A DNA stretch of 64,000 nucleotides from a bacterium UBP8_UBA817 (GTDB lineage: Bacteria; Margulisbacteria; Marinamargulisbacteria; CAMDBA01): NCBI GenBank assembly GCA_945888995.1, contig CAMDBA010000001.1:92603-156602 (forward strand). The letters run 5' to 3'. Positions 39,066-48,889 of this stretch are shown in pieces. The notes under the pieces are model-generated. The model saw only the letters and a list, made by a program, of their open reading frames with translations. It made no database searches and was not told the DNA's origin. The translations under genes were made by a program, and so were the position numbers. Each line of letters opens with the position of its first letter. The stretch's first letter is position 1.

Positions 39066-39521
39066 TTAATGTGGCTTATCCAGAATCAGAATTCCATTCA
39101 GATGGTCCATCTCATGCTGAATAATGCGAGCCATCATACCATGTTCGACCAATCGAATGAGCTTTCCTTTTCTAGTATACGCTTGCACATGGATTTTTTG
39201 AGCTCTTGTCACACTGACGGTGGCACCCGGACAACTGAGGCACCCTTCGGTTTTGGTCTGCGCTCCTTCGGCAGTCAAAATTTCTGGGTTTATCAGCACG
39301 ATTTCCCTGCCTCTATACAACATCATCATGACCTTTTCCAGAATCCCGATTTGCGGCGCCGAAAGCCCGACACCTGTAGGACCATAGTCGGCTAAAGTGT
39401 CCCTCAGATCCCGTAAAAGCCGGTCCAGCCGTTCGTCAAATGCGGTCACGGGAACACAAGTCTGTCTTAAAATCGGATTGGGGACCGTTAGAATCGTTTG
39501 GATGCTCACGTTATTTCTCAC
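39066..39521 (-). CDS. def: Peptide deformylase
   Basis: [24 protein letters not shown]. Confidence 0.95.
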   Translation of the reverse strand: MRNNVSIQTILTVPNPILRQTCVPVTAFDERLDRLLRDLRDTLADYGPTGVGLSAPQIGILEKVMMMLYRGREIVLINPEILTAEGAQTKTEGCLSCPGATVSVTRAQKIHVQAYTRKGKLIRLVEHGMMARIIQHEMDHLNGILILDKPH

Positions 39522-39787
39522 CGGGCCGAATATATTCAGATAATGACAGACATATACGCTTATATAATCATTACCGGATCATCGGTTTTCTGTATTAAAA
39601 TAGAAGGTAATTATAGCTGACAAAAGAGGAGTCTTAAAGTATTATTTGCCAAAGTTGTAAGGTGCGAATTGCGTTTGGCCTCAAATGCATGCTAGCATAA
39701 TGGCGTCTATAGCCTTTTTATTGGGCCTATACATTCTCTCGTTTAAATTATTAAAAATATAAAATCAATATATATAGGAGCATCACA

Positions 39788-40072
39788 ATGAGCAGCGAAC
39801 AAAAAGAAATTAAACAAGAAGTTATCGAAAAATTTAAAGTTCATGAGACCGATACCGGATCTCCTGAAGTTCAAATCGCCCTTCTTACCACACGAATCAA
39901 CCTTTTGGTTGAGCACTTGAAAATCCACAAAAAAGACCATCACTCACGTCGTGGATTGTTAATGTTAGTCGGTCAAAGAAAGCGTCTTCTCAATTACTTA
40001 AAACGCAAAAACCTTTCTCGGTTCCAAGAGCTCACCACGTCGTTAAGACTTAAGGTCTCTACCGTTAAGTAA
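39788..40072 (+). CDS. rpsO: 30S ribosomal protein S15
   Basis: [22 protein letters not shown]. Confidence 0.97.
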   Translation: MSSEQKEIKQEVIEKFKVHETDTGSPEVQIALLTTRINLLVEHLKIHKKDHHSRRGLLMLVGQRKRLLNYLKRKNLSRFQELTTSLRLKVSTVK

Positions 40073-40112
40073 AACCGTAGTCAATTATAATCAGAAGGGT
40101 TCAAATATTATT

Positions 40113-42203
40113 ATGGTAGAAACAATCACAGGACCGGTTGCTGACAGAGAAATCTCTCTGGAAACCGGTAAAATGGCGAAACAAGCGAATGGATCTGTTG
40201 TCGTTCGATGCGGCGATACCGTCCTTTTAGCTACCGCCACAATGGCGAAACACGCCAAGACCGACATCGACTTTTTCCCTCTCACTGTTGAATACTCCGA
40301 AAAAATGTATTCCGCCGGAAAAATTCCAGGTGGATTCTTCAAACGTGAAGCACGTCCGAGCATCGGCGCTACCTTGACATCCCGTCTTATTGACCGGCCG
40401 ATTCGTCCTTGTTTTCCGAAAGAAGTGAAAAACGAAGTTCAAGTCGTTGTGACCGTTCTTTCTTACGATCCGACTTTTTCTCCTGAATTTCTTGCGATTA
40501 TCGCCGCCTCTTCCGCATTATCCGTTTCGGATATTCCGTTTAATGGTCCGATCGGAGCCGCTCTTGTCGCAGAAGTCGACGGGCAGCTCGTTGCGAACCC
40601 ATCTGCCGAAGCACTAGACAGAAGCACCCTTCAAATCGTGGTGGCAGGATCGTATGACCACATTCTGATGGTCGAAGCCGGCGCCAGCGAAGTTTCCGAA
40701 GAAGTTATTATTCAAGCGATCAGCAAAGCCCACGCCGCTATCCGCGAATCGATTGTTCTTCAAAAAGAACTCGTCGCAAGAGCCGGACGTACCAAGAAGA
40801 TTTTTGAACCCGAAGAAATCGATACCGACTTAGTAGCTGCCGTTAAAACTTTTCTCGGCAATAAAATCGAATCCAATCTTCAATCCGGTAATAAACAGGA
40901 AATCGAAGATTTCTTAACGCAATTGGAAGCCGATGCTCTAGCAGAATTGGTTAATGAAGAGGCGACTAATACGTCGAAAGTAAAAGCGTATTTCAGAAAA
41001 GAAAAAAAGAACCAAATCCGTCAAACCATTATCAACAAAAAAATCCGTCCAGACGGCCGCGCACTGGATGAAGTCCGGGCGATCAACAGCGAAGTCGGCC
41101 TACTACCTGCCACTCACGGATCAGCGCTCTTTACCCGCGGTGAAACACAGAGTCTCGGTATTATCACATTAGGAGATACCGACGACGAACAAATCGAAGA
41201 CGGCCTTAATGAAACTTCTAGAAAGCAATACTATTTCCACTACAACTTCCCGCCATATTCGGTAGGAGAAGTCGGATTCTTAGGCCGTACCGGACGACGT
41301 GAATTAGGTCACGGCGCATTAGCGGAAAGAGCCTTAAAAGGCATTCTGCCGGACTATTCGGTTTTCCCTTATACCATTCGGATTGTTTCCGAAATTTTAG
41401 AGTCTAACGGATCGTCTTCAATGGCGTCTGTTTGTTCAGGGGCGTTGGCCTTGATGGACGGCGGCGTTCCGATTAAAGCACCGGTTTCGGGTATCGCAAT
41501 GGGTCTTTTAATCGAAGACGGCGACTATGTTATTTTATCTGACATTCAGGGACTAGAAGATCACTATGGCGATATGGACTTTAAAGTCGCAGGAACCTCT
41601 GAAGGCGTCACCGCACTCCAGCTCGACATCAAAGTCGGCGGATTATCTGAAGAAATTCTACAAAAAGCCCTTTATCAGGCAAAACAAGGCCGGTCTCATA
41701 TTCTGGGTAAAATGATCGAGGTTCTCAGCCAACCACGGGCTGAGCTTTCCGAGACCGCGCCGAAAATCGGGTTCATCCAAATTGATCCGACCAAAGTCGG
41801 CCTCGTCATCGGACCAGGTGGAAAAATGATCCGTAAAATTGAGGAAGAAACCAAGGCCACGATTATTATTACCGATGGCACGACAGGACAAGTCAGCATT
41901 TCTGCTAAAAGTCAGGAACACCTCGATAAAGCAAAACGCATGATTTATCTTCTAACCAAAGAAGTTGAAGCAGGTGAAGAATATGAAGCTAAAATCACCC
42001 GAATCATGAACTTCGGCGCCTTTGCCGAGATTCTTCCGGGTAAAGAAGGTCTGCTTCATATCTCGACTCTTTCACGCTCAAGAATTAACAACGTTGAAGA
42101 TGTTCTGACGACGGGTCAGATCTTGAACGTTCGTGTTCGCGAAGTTGATTCTCAGAATAGAATTAACCTTGAACCTGTGAATGTGGACGATTTATCGAAA
42201 TGA
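40113..42203 (+). CDS. pnp: Polyribonucleotide nucleotidyltransferase
   Basis: DFFPLTVEY, RLIDRPIRP, FTRGETQ, SNGSSSMAS, GDMDFKVAG, KH and S1 domains. Confidence 0.97.
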   Translation: MVETITGPVADREISLETGKMAKQANGSVVVRCGDTVLLATATMAKHAKTDIDFFPLTVEYSEKMYSAGKIPGGFFKREARPSIGATLTSRLIDRPIRPCFPKEVKNEVQVVVTVLSYDPTFSPEFLAIIAASSALSVSDIPFNGPIGAALVAEVDGQLVANPSAEALDRSTLQIVVAGSYDHILMVEAGASEVSEEVIIQAISKAHAAIRESIVLQKELVARAGRTKKIFEPEEIDTDLVAAVKTFLGNKIESNLQSGNKQEIEDFLTQLEADALAELVNEEATNTSKVKAYFRKEKKNQIRQTIINKKIRPDGRALDEVRAINSEVGLLPATHGSALFTRGETQSLGIITLGDTDDEQIEDGLNETSRKQYYFHYNFPPYSVGEVGFLGRTGRRELGHGALAERALKGILPDYSVFPYTIRIVSEILESNGSSSMASVCSGALALMDGGVPIKAPVSGIAMGLLIEDGDYVILSDIQGLEDHYGDMDFKVAGTSEGVTALQLDIKVGGLSEEILQKALYQAKQGRSHILGKMIEVLSQPRAELSETAPKIGFIQIDPTKVGLVIGPGGKMIRKIEEETKATIIITDGTTGQVSISAKSQEHLDKAKRMIYLLTKEVEAGEEYEAKITRIMNFGAFAEILPGKEGLLHISTLSRSRINNVEDVLTTGQILNVRVREVDSQNRINLEPVNVDDLSK

Positions 42204-43495
42204 AAGACCTCACCTTAAAGAGCGGCTTCCGGTTATTGCTTCGGCATGATCCGGCTGCCACTTCGGTGAGTATGGGCGTATATGCCATGGTTTCCCTCTC
42301 CCAAGAGCCGGTAGAGCTCAATGGGATTGCCCACTTTCTGGAGCATATGTCTTTTAAAGGCACGCCCGGTAAATCGGCTAAAAAGATCGCGGAAATACTC
42401 GATAGTATGGGCGGTAGAATGAATGCCCATACGTCTAAAGAATATACCGCTTACTACATTACGGTTTTACCCGGTCATTTTAATAAAGGCTTTGATCTGC
42501 TGACGGATTTGTTTATCAACTCCACACTGACCGAAGAAGATATCCAAACAGAAAAGCAGGTTGTTCTAGAAGAAATCAATATGTATGAGGACACGCCGGA
42601 CGAGAATATCCACGATATTTTTGCGAACCTCATTTGGGACAAACACAAGCTCGGGCTCCCTATTATTGGCACAAAAGAGAGCTTGGATCGCATTAACCAA
42701 TCCAATTTACGGGACTTTAAAAACCATTATTTCAACCCTAAAAATCTGATTATTTCGATGGCGGGAAATCTACCTGCCGAAGGAAAACTCATCGAGAAGA
42801 TTGAAAAAGCCTTTGATCTTCCAAAGGTCAATGTGACGAGTTTTGATGATCTGATCGAAATACCTAAGCCGTCTTCAGCGGTTAAATTTCAACTTAAAAA
42901 AACCGAGCAAATTCATTTTTGCATCGGCGGGCAAGGGATTGCCCATGACCATCCTGATCATTTTAAATTGTCGGTTTTAAACACCATTCTAGGTGGAGCG
43001 ATGAGCTCTCGGCTCTTTCAGAAAATCCGCGAGAAAAAAGGCTATGCCTACGCGGTGTATTCTTATCCATCTTTTTATAAAAATAGCGGTTTATTTACGA
43101 TTTACGGTGGCATTAATAAAAAGAAATTTCCTCAGACACTCAAAATTATTTCTCAAGAAATCAATTCTCTCAAAACCAAGCCGGTATCGCCTCACGAACT
43201 GCAGAAAGCCAAAGACAATCTGAAGGGAAATCTTGCCCTCAGCCTCGAGCGCTCTTCCAGTTGGATGAGTTGGATTGCCCGATCTAAGATGTATTACGGC
43301 CGGGTTTATCCGCTGGATGAAATGCTTACCAAAATTGATGAAGTAACCGCACAGGATGTACAGGCAATGGCAACAGAATTCTTTAACCCCGACTGCATGG
43401 CCCTTGCCGCTATCGGACCTTTTGGTGCAGCACAATTTAAATACAACGGGCTGACACTTACCGACTATTTAGCCAAGCTCAATCTATCATTTTAG
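42200..43495 (+). CDS. M16 family zinc peptidase
   Basis: HFLEHMSFKG (HxxEH), NAHTS, SSRLFQKIRE. Confidence 0.92.
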   Translation: MKDLTLKSGFRLLLRHDPAATSVSMGVYAMVSLSQEPVELNGIAHFLEHMSFKGTPGKSAKKIAEILDSMGGRMNAHTSKEYTAYYITVLPGHFNKGFDLLTDLFINSTLTEEDIQTEKQVVLEEINMYEDTPDENIHDIFANLIWDKHKLGLPIIGTKESLDRINQSNLRDFKNHYFNPKNLIISMAGNLPAEGKLIEKIEKAFDLPKVNVTSFDDLIEIPKPSSAVKFQLKKTEQIHFCIGGQGIAHDHPDHFKLSVLNTILGGAMSSRLFQKIREKKGYAYAVYSYPSFYKNSGLFTIYGGINKKKFPQTLKIISQEINSLKTKPVSPHELQKAKDNLKGNLALSLERSSSWMSWIARSKMYYGRVYPLDEMLTKIDEVTAQDVQAMATEFFNPDCMALAAIGPFGAAQFKYNGLTLTDYLAKLNLSF

Positions 43496-43496
43496 G

Positions 43497-44411
43497 ATGC
43501 AAGCAGTGACTAAAAACATGATGCGTGTCGTGGTTTATTTGAGCTTAATTGTCGGCATTTTGGGATATTTTAATACCAATGCAACGTCGGGAACGTCCAG
43601 TCAGATGATGCCGTTAAGACAGCTTCTTGAAAAAAACATTTTGCCGATTAAAGCTAATGTCAGTGTGGCGTATACCGATATTTTTACCGGTGAAACACTT
43701 GTGATCAATGATACAAAACGCTTTAACCCTGCTAGTGTGATTAAAGTTCCGGTAATGATCGAGACGTACCGTCAAATCTCACAGGAACGCTTTAAATTCA
43801 CGGATAAGCTGGTGTTGAAACCCGAATATAAGGTCTGGGGATCCGGACAGCTTTTTTATGCCAAACCAGGCACAGAATATACGATCAGGACACTCATGGA
43901 AAACATGATTATTCACAGCGATAATACTGCGACTAAGATGTTGATTGACCTTGTCGGAATGGATAATATTAACCAGACAATGCGGTCTTTAGGCCTCACG
44001 GATACCGTGGTTAGAACTGACAATCTGATCAATGCCGAAGGGCTGAATTTTTCGAAACCGTCGGATATGAATAAACTGATGTACAAACTCTACAAAGGTG
44101 AGATCGTCTCTAAACAAGCCAGTGATGACATGATCGGCATTATGCTCAGACAGCAACACCGCTGGGGCATTCCCCGGGTTCTGCCGCCCACGGTTCAAGT
44201 CGCCAACAAAACCGGCACTTTGACCGGCATTCGCAATGACAGCGGCATTATTTTGTATAAGAACGCTCCTTATATTCTGACTATTTTCACCCGGTCTGAT
44301 TCTAACCAAATCGCTCAGAATTTTGTTAAAAAAGTCTCTTTGGATATCTATAAATGGAAAGAATCGAATAATGCAGTATCCCGGGAGAATACAGCCATGG
44401 TAAGTTATTAA
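43497..44411 (+). CDS. Class A beta-lactamase-like serine hydrolase/PBP
   Basis: ASVIK (SxxK), SDN, KTG; N-terminal TM/signal segment. Confidence 0.85.
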   Translation: MQAVTKNMMRVVVYLSLIVGILGYFNTNATSGTSSQMMPLRQLLEKNILPIKANVSVAYTDIFTGETLVINDTKRFNPASVIKVPVMIETYRQISQERFKFTDKLVLKPEYKVWGSGQLFYAKPGTEYTIRTLMENMIIHSDNTATKMLIDLVGMDNINQTMRSLGLTDTVVRTDNLINAEGLNFSKPSDMNKLMYKLYKGEIVSKQASDDMIGIMLRQQHRWGIPRVLPPTVQVANKTGTLTGIRNDSGIILYKNAPYILTIFTRSDSNQIAQNFVKKVSLDIYKWKESNNAVSRENTAMVSY

Positions 44412-44413
44412 CT

Positions 44414-44677
44414 ATGACAAGTTCTTTTATACCCGACGATTACGCCGAAGAGAAATCCGAAGAAGAATTCATTGACGATATGAAGACCAATATCAAGGCA
44501 GCCTCTTTGCGCGCGGCTGTTAAGGTCAATAAATCGGCGTTAGCGTTTATGCTCAACCAAAAAAAATGGATTGCCCCTGAGCATGCCCAAGAAGCTGAAA
44601 AGTTCTTCGCCGAAAAAATTCCTAAAGTCCTGGCCGATGAATTGTCCGAATCCCTTAACTCGGTTTTAGGACTTTAA
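44414..44677 (+). CDS. Hypothetical protein
   Basis: 87-aa ORF starting 2 nt after the upstream stop. Confidence 0.6.
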   Translation: MTSSFIPDDYAEEKSEEEFIDDMKTNIKAASLRAAVKVNKSALAFMLNQKKWIAPEHAQEAEKFFAEKIPKVLADELSESLNSVLGL

Positions 44678-44734
44678 TTTCGGTCTTATGTTTCGCCCGG
44701 AAGTGGTATATAATCGGAAAGATTTTATAGATAA

Positions 44735-44821
44735 GCCGAAATGGCGGAATTGGTAGACGCGCTAGGTTCAGGGTCTAGTGAGAGCAATCTTGTGTGGGTT
44801 CAAGTCCCACTTTCGGCACCA
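44735..44821 (+). tRNA. tRNA-Leu (anticodon CAG)
   Basis: GCCGAAA...TTTCGGC acceptor stem, D-loop GGAATTGGTAGAC, anticodon arm CTAGG-TTCAGGG-TCTAG, long variable arm, GTTCAAGT T-loop, encoded CCA. Confidence 0.96.
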
Positions 44822-44838
44822 AAAGGATAATAGAGGAT

Positions 44839-45792
44839 ATGCCAAAAGCAGTCATTTTTTCTAAATACGCGCTCAGCGCCGTCAGCCTATTAGGCCTTAT
44901 ATTTATTACGGTTTCATGTGGAAAAGTCGCACAAGAAGTAGTCCCTACGAATCAAGATCCGAAGATATTTAACCTCAGCTATACGGTTTTTTCCCCAACA
45001 ACCGAAAATATTCAGGCGTTGCTGGAAAGAACGCCTCCGCTCAACGTAGCAGGACTCTTTAGCACCCAAGATACCCGTCTTACCGTGCAAGTGTTGGGCA
45101 TACGTAAGGACGGTAAACAAGAAGAACTCTCTTGGGGACGCGGCCTTTTGTCGTTTGATAAATGGGTCACAATGGCCGTCAGCGGCAACCAAACCGTTAA
45201 AAAACCGGCCTTTAAAACCGAATCATATAACAAAAGCGGCGTCAAAGTTACCGCTCCGGATTATACCTGGACCAAGCTTGCCTTCGACAGTGACCGCAAT
45301 CTTTGGCGGATCGACAGTGTCAAACTCAAGCGGGCCTATCCGCTCTACCTCGTTAAAGTTGTAGCCAACAAGAATAAATATCTCTTTAAATTGGTTGAAG
45401 ATACAGCCGTTTCCGGTAATCAGTCACTATCGTTAAATGAAATTACACCGTTTGATACTTTCCTTGCGTCTCTCTACTTGTCCGATGTCGCGGCGAATTC
45501 CGCACTCAGCGACACGACTCGGGTCAAAGATTTCGAGCGGGTTTTTGATTATACGTTCTTTACTGCGCTCAATCCGTCATTACCGGATAATAAGATTGAG
45601 AAATACGATGAGATCGATCCTCAATTTACACTGCAATCCACTTTAATGACCGAGCTTTTGAAGATCTATGCTCTGGCCCGTTCAGATAAAACCGAAGCCA
45701 TTTCGTATGTTGAGAAAAGTAAGCTTAAAGAACTCTCTCCTGACGCCAAAAAAGTCCTTCAAAACAATATTAGATCGCTTAAATCGTCTTAG
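44839..45792 (+). CDS. Putative lipoprotein
   Basis: AGAGGA RBS, ATG 44839, lipobox-like ITVSC; the longer ORF-track start lies inside the tRNA. Confidence 0.7.
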   Translation: MPKAVIFSKYALSAVSLLGLIFITVSCGKVAQEVVPTNQDPKIFNLSYTVFSPTTENIQALLERTPPLNVAGLFSTQDTRLTVQVLGIRKDGKQEELSWGRGLLSFDKWVTMAVSGNQTVKKPAFKTESYNKSGVKVTAPDYTWTKLAFDSDRNLWRIDSVKLKRAYPLYLVKVVANKNKYLFKLVEDTAVSGNQSLSLNEITPFDTFLASLYLSDVAANSALSDTTRVKDFERVFDYTFFTALNPSLPDNKIEKYDEIDPQFTLQSTLMTELLKIYALARSDKTEAISYVEKSKLKELSPDAKKVLQNNIRSLKSS

Positions 45793-45793
45793 A

Positions 45794-46768
45794 TTATGCG
45801 GCTACCCGTCCGCAAATGCGCAAAAGGGCGACCTCTAAGGCTAATTTTGATTGAAATCTGCCGGACTTGATGCCGACATCTTGGGCATTGAGCAGATATA
45901 AGGCTGACTTCAGATCTTCCAGCGTATATTTTTTACGAATGACCGTTGCAAGCTTCTCAATATAGTAGGGATTCTTTTTAAGAGTCTGTGCAACTTGCGA
46001 GATTGCCATACGCTGAGATAGCAGCCATAAAATCTGGATGTATAAGCGCACGGTAGAGGCCAGAAGACCGAGAATTTTAATCGGCTCATCGCCATGCTCA
46101 ATCAAACTTAAATAGGCCGATAAAACGCCCTGTGCATCCCGTTGTTTAAATGCCTCCGTAAAGGCATAGGTCGTCGCACCGTTGCCCGCTGAAATCGCCT
46201 GAACATCGGCTAGCGTGATTTCTCTTAGAAGCCCGATAAAGACCTTCAGTTTATCAATCTCAGCAGCTAAATGGCGCAAATTAGTACCCCCCATTTCTTC
46301 AAGGGCACTTAGTGCAGGCATCGCAATGCGATAACCGGCGTTTTCGATCCGCTGGCGCATCCACGCCATGACTTTATCCTGCTCCCAGTCTTTAAATGAC
46401 TTGTATTCCTGAAGTGTCGCTACTGTTTTGAGATAGCCGATTTGGCGGAGACGCTGATCCAGAGATTTTCCGGAGCAAAATAACACCAAGACGTGACCGC
46501 CGTCGATGGCAGCCTCACACACCTTCTGAAAGGCCTTAAAATCTGCGTCTGAGACTTTTCCGGACAATACATGCAGGTTTTTGCACAGAAGAATCTTAGA
46601 GGGTGAGAAGAGGGTTACAGTAGCTACCTTTAGATAAAACTCATCCATCGAGGTGGCGTCATCTACCCACTCGGTGGTGTAATGCGCATATTGGCGGGTT
46701 AACTCGCGTACGGCTTCCTCTACTAAAAAGTCCTCTTCGCCAAAGATCAAATACAGGTGTGGGCTCAT
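45794..46768 (-). CDS. holA: DNA polymerase III subunit delta
   Basis: LYLIFGEEDFLV, EIDKL, DVGIKSG. Confidence 0.88.
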   Translation of the reverse strand: MSPHLYLIFGEEDFLVEEAVRELTRQYAHYTTEWVDDATSMDEFYLKVATVTLFSPSKILLCKNLHVLSGKVSDADFKAFQKVCEAAIDGGHVLVLFCSGKSLDQRLRQIGYLKTVATLQEYKSFKDWEQDKVMAWMRQRIENAGYRIAMPALSALEEMGGTNLRHLAAEIDKLKVFIGLLREITLADVQAISAGNGATTYAFTEAFKQRDAQGVLSAYLSLIEHGDEPIKILGLLASTVRLYIQILWLLSQRMAISQVAQTLKKNPYYIEKLATVIRKKYTLEDLKSALYLLNAQDVGIKSGRFQSKLALEVALLRICGRVAA

Positions 46769-46823
46769 ACGAATTAATGCTTCTTTTTTTGCGGGGATGG
46801 TGTTATATTGTTTTCACAATTTT

Positions 46824-46899
46824 GGGCGGTTAGCTCAGCTGGTAGAGCACATGCCTTACAAGCATGGGGTCATAGGTTCGATCCCTATACCGCCCACCA
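46824..46899 (+). tRNA. tRNA-Val (anticodon TAC)
   Basis: GGGCGGT...ACCGCCC acceptor stem, AGCTCAGCTGGTAGAGC D-arm, CATGC-CTTACAA-GCATG anticodon arm, GGTTCGA T-loop, CCA. Confidence 0.97.
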
Positions 46900-46901
46900 A
46901 A

Positions 46902-47621
46902 TTATTTGCCTTCTTCTTTAAACTGCTGACGGTTCGAAAACAGAACCATTTCCAGCCAATAGTAGAAGATCGAATTTTTCTTTAGAAATTCTTGCACAGT
47001 CTGACCTTCGTCAAGGCTTAGCATTTCAAATTCTTGTTCCAAGAGTGACCTAAGCACTTCTTGTTCCTCACCAATGACCGGAGTCATCATAAGGGGCTCT
47101 AAGGTATACTGAGAATCGGAAATTGGGACGACCATCAGTCCTAATAATTCACCGATTTCGGAAAACTCACCCAATTCTTCGTCTAATACAACATACCTCT
47201 GGCCATTAAAGAGGTCTTCAAGTTCGACTTCATGCTTATCTTCCGAAATATCCGTTACGGTAAAGAAACTGAAAGTCGCGTCATTCCAATTTGATAAATA
47301 AGCCAATTCCAACGGGGTAAATTCTTCAGAAAGCGTCTCTAAGCAGTGTTGCCAGAAAAACAATCCGGATTTGAGTACGTAGGCATGCATAATGGAGGAT
47401 GCGAACTGGTTCTCGAAGTATTCTTCCAACTCATCATCGGAAATGAGCGCTTCCCATTGCGCTTCTTCGATAAAGGGGCAATCCCAGAAAATATCATAGT
47501 AATCCTGAAGCTGAGGCTCAAATTCGACGGTAAATGCCGTATGCATTTTCTCATATAGCTCTTGCCGCAGCTCGAATAACTCAGTTGCAGATAAATTAGA
47601 TAAAGAAGGTGTCTCTGCCAT
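46902..47621 (-). CDS. Acidic hypothetical protein
   Basis: GGAG RBS; very Glu/Asp-rich; VELEDLFNG segment loosely recalls the core of SEC-C-associated proteins. Confidence 0.7.
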   Translation of the reverse strand: MAETPSLSNLSATELFELRQELYEKMHTAFTVEFEPQLQDYYDIFWDCPFIEEAQWEALISDDELEEYFENQFASSIMHAYVLKSGLFFWQHCLETLSEEFTPLELAYLSNWNDATFSFFTVTDISEDKHEVELEDLFNGQRYVVLDEELGEFSEIGELLGLMVVPISDSQYTLEPLMMTPVIGEEQEVLRSLLEQEFEMLSLDEGQTVQEFLKKNSIFYYWLEMVLFSNRQQFKEEGK

Positions 47622-47629
47622 AAAAACTC

Positions 47630-48001
47630 CTATGCGATTTTCGCGTTGCAGGAGGTGCAGATTTTGCTGCCGTTCACGCCGGAAATCATTATATGCTCGC
47701 AGTCATCATTCAGAATTTTATCGACGACTTCTTCGATCTGAATCGTGTACATATCGGTAATCATATAGAGATCTTTTAGGTCATCGAGCTTAATTAATGT
47801 ATTCTCTCTCAGACTGTTAATATCAAATTTTAAGTGATCTACAATGTTATAGAGCCGTTGGTAGAATAGCTCGACGATATCTTTACGGGCCTTCCCTTCG
47901 GCAGCTAACCTCCCGATGTCATCTTGAAGCATTGTTGTGGTCATTCCCATGTGTTTCAGCCCTTTCATACAAGTTTCGCCTATTATTACCACATTTTTCA
48001 A
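47630..48001 (-). CDS. Hypothetical protein with C-terminal CxH...CxxC
   Basis: ORF fills the gap in the minus-strand run; DCEH...ICTSC; start uncertain. Confidence 0.6.
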   Translation of the reverse strand: MKNVVIIGETCMKGLKHMGMTTTMLQDDIGRLAAEGKARKDIVELFYQRLYNIVDHLKFDINSLRENTLIKLDDLKDLYMITDMYTIQIEEVVDKILNDDCEHIMISGVNGSKICTSCNAKIA

Positions 48002-48063
48002 CTGGGTCCAATCGGTTGTGGGTTTTAATTCTGATTCCGCTCTTCGAGGGAATCCGGATTTGG

Positions 48064-48849
48064 TTAGTTAAAAGGGTGGTGGTGAATGGGTTGGGGGAAG
48101 AGGGTGACGTAGCGGTTTAGGAATGTGAGAAATTTTTGGGGGTCGCCGGAGACCCAGTAGTCGATTTTGCCGGAGATGGGTGAGGCGGGGGTTTGTAGTA
48201 AAAGGGAAGCGACGACGGGGACCAGGCTTTCGGCCGGGTTAATATAGCAGATAGCTGGGTCCAGATAGCGGCGTAATAATGATTCGAAATAAGGATAGTG
48301 GCTACAGCCGAATATGACCAAATCAGGTTTAAAAGCCTGAATTTCCGGTGTGTATTTTCTGACTGCGGCATCGGCTGCCTCGGATTCTAACTCGCCGGCT
48401 TCCACAATGGGCACCCACTCCGGGCATGCGATTTCCAGTACATCAATCGTTGAGCCCCGTTTTGTGATTTGCGCCCGGTAGGAATGGCTAGCAACGGTTG
48501 CCGGCGTTGCTAGGACGATGACTTTCTTGGGATTGAGCGATATGGCATGATCTGCTGCGGCCTCAATCAATCCGACAATCGGGATATCAGGATAAAGGGC
48601 TTTTATTTCGTCGAACACAAGCGCACATGATGTATTACAGGCCACAACCAATAGTTGGCTATGATTTTTTAGTAAAAACTCGATAATCTGGCGATTAAAG
48701 GCCAATAAATCGATTTTTGATTTTTCGCCGTATGGAGCACGGGCAGTATCGCCAAAATAGGTAAACGACTGTTGGCGAAAATTTTTGACAAGCTCTGCCA
48801 AGACCGTTAATCCACCAACACCCGAGTCAAACACACCGATCTGAGTCAT
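48064..48849 (-). CDS. murI: Glutamate racemase
   Basis: FDSGVGGLTV, PYG, ACNT, GCSHYP. Confidence 0.95.
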   Translation of the reverse strand: MTQIGVFDSGVGGLTVLAELVKNFRQQSFTYFGDTARAPYGEKSKIDLLAFNRQIIEFLLKNHSQLLVVACNTSCALVFDEIKALYPDIPIVGLIEAAADHAISLNPKKVIVLATPATVASHSYRAQITKRGSTIDVLEIACPEWVPIVEAGELESEAADAAVRKYTPEIQAFKPDLVIFGCSHYPYFESLLRRYLDPAICYINPAESLVPVVASLLLQTPASPISGKIDYWVSGDPQKFLTFLNRYVTLFPQPIHHHPFN

Positions 48850-48889
48850 AGCGACTGATTATATAATAGGTCGCTTGTTCTGAATACGG

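Noticed and set aside
44735-46899. tRNAs as integration sites bracketing an island
   Set aside because: The intervening genes include core holA, and no duplicated tRNA 3' ends were seen
46797-46985. 62-aa ORF
   Set aside because: It is a read-through of tRNA-Val
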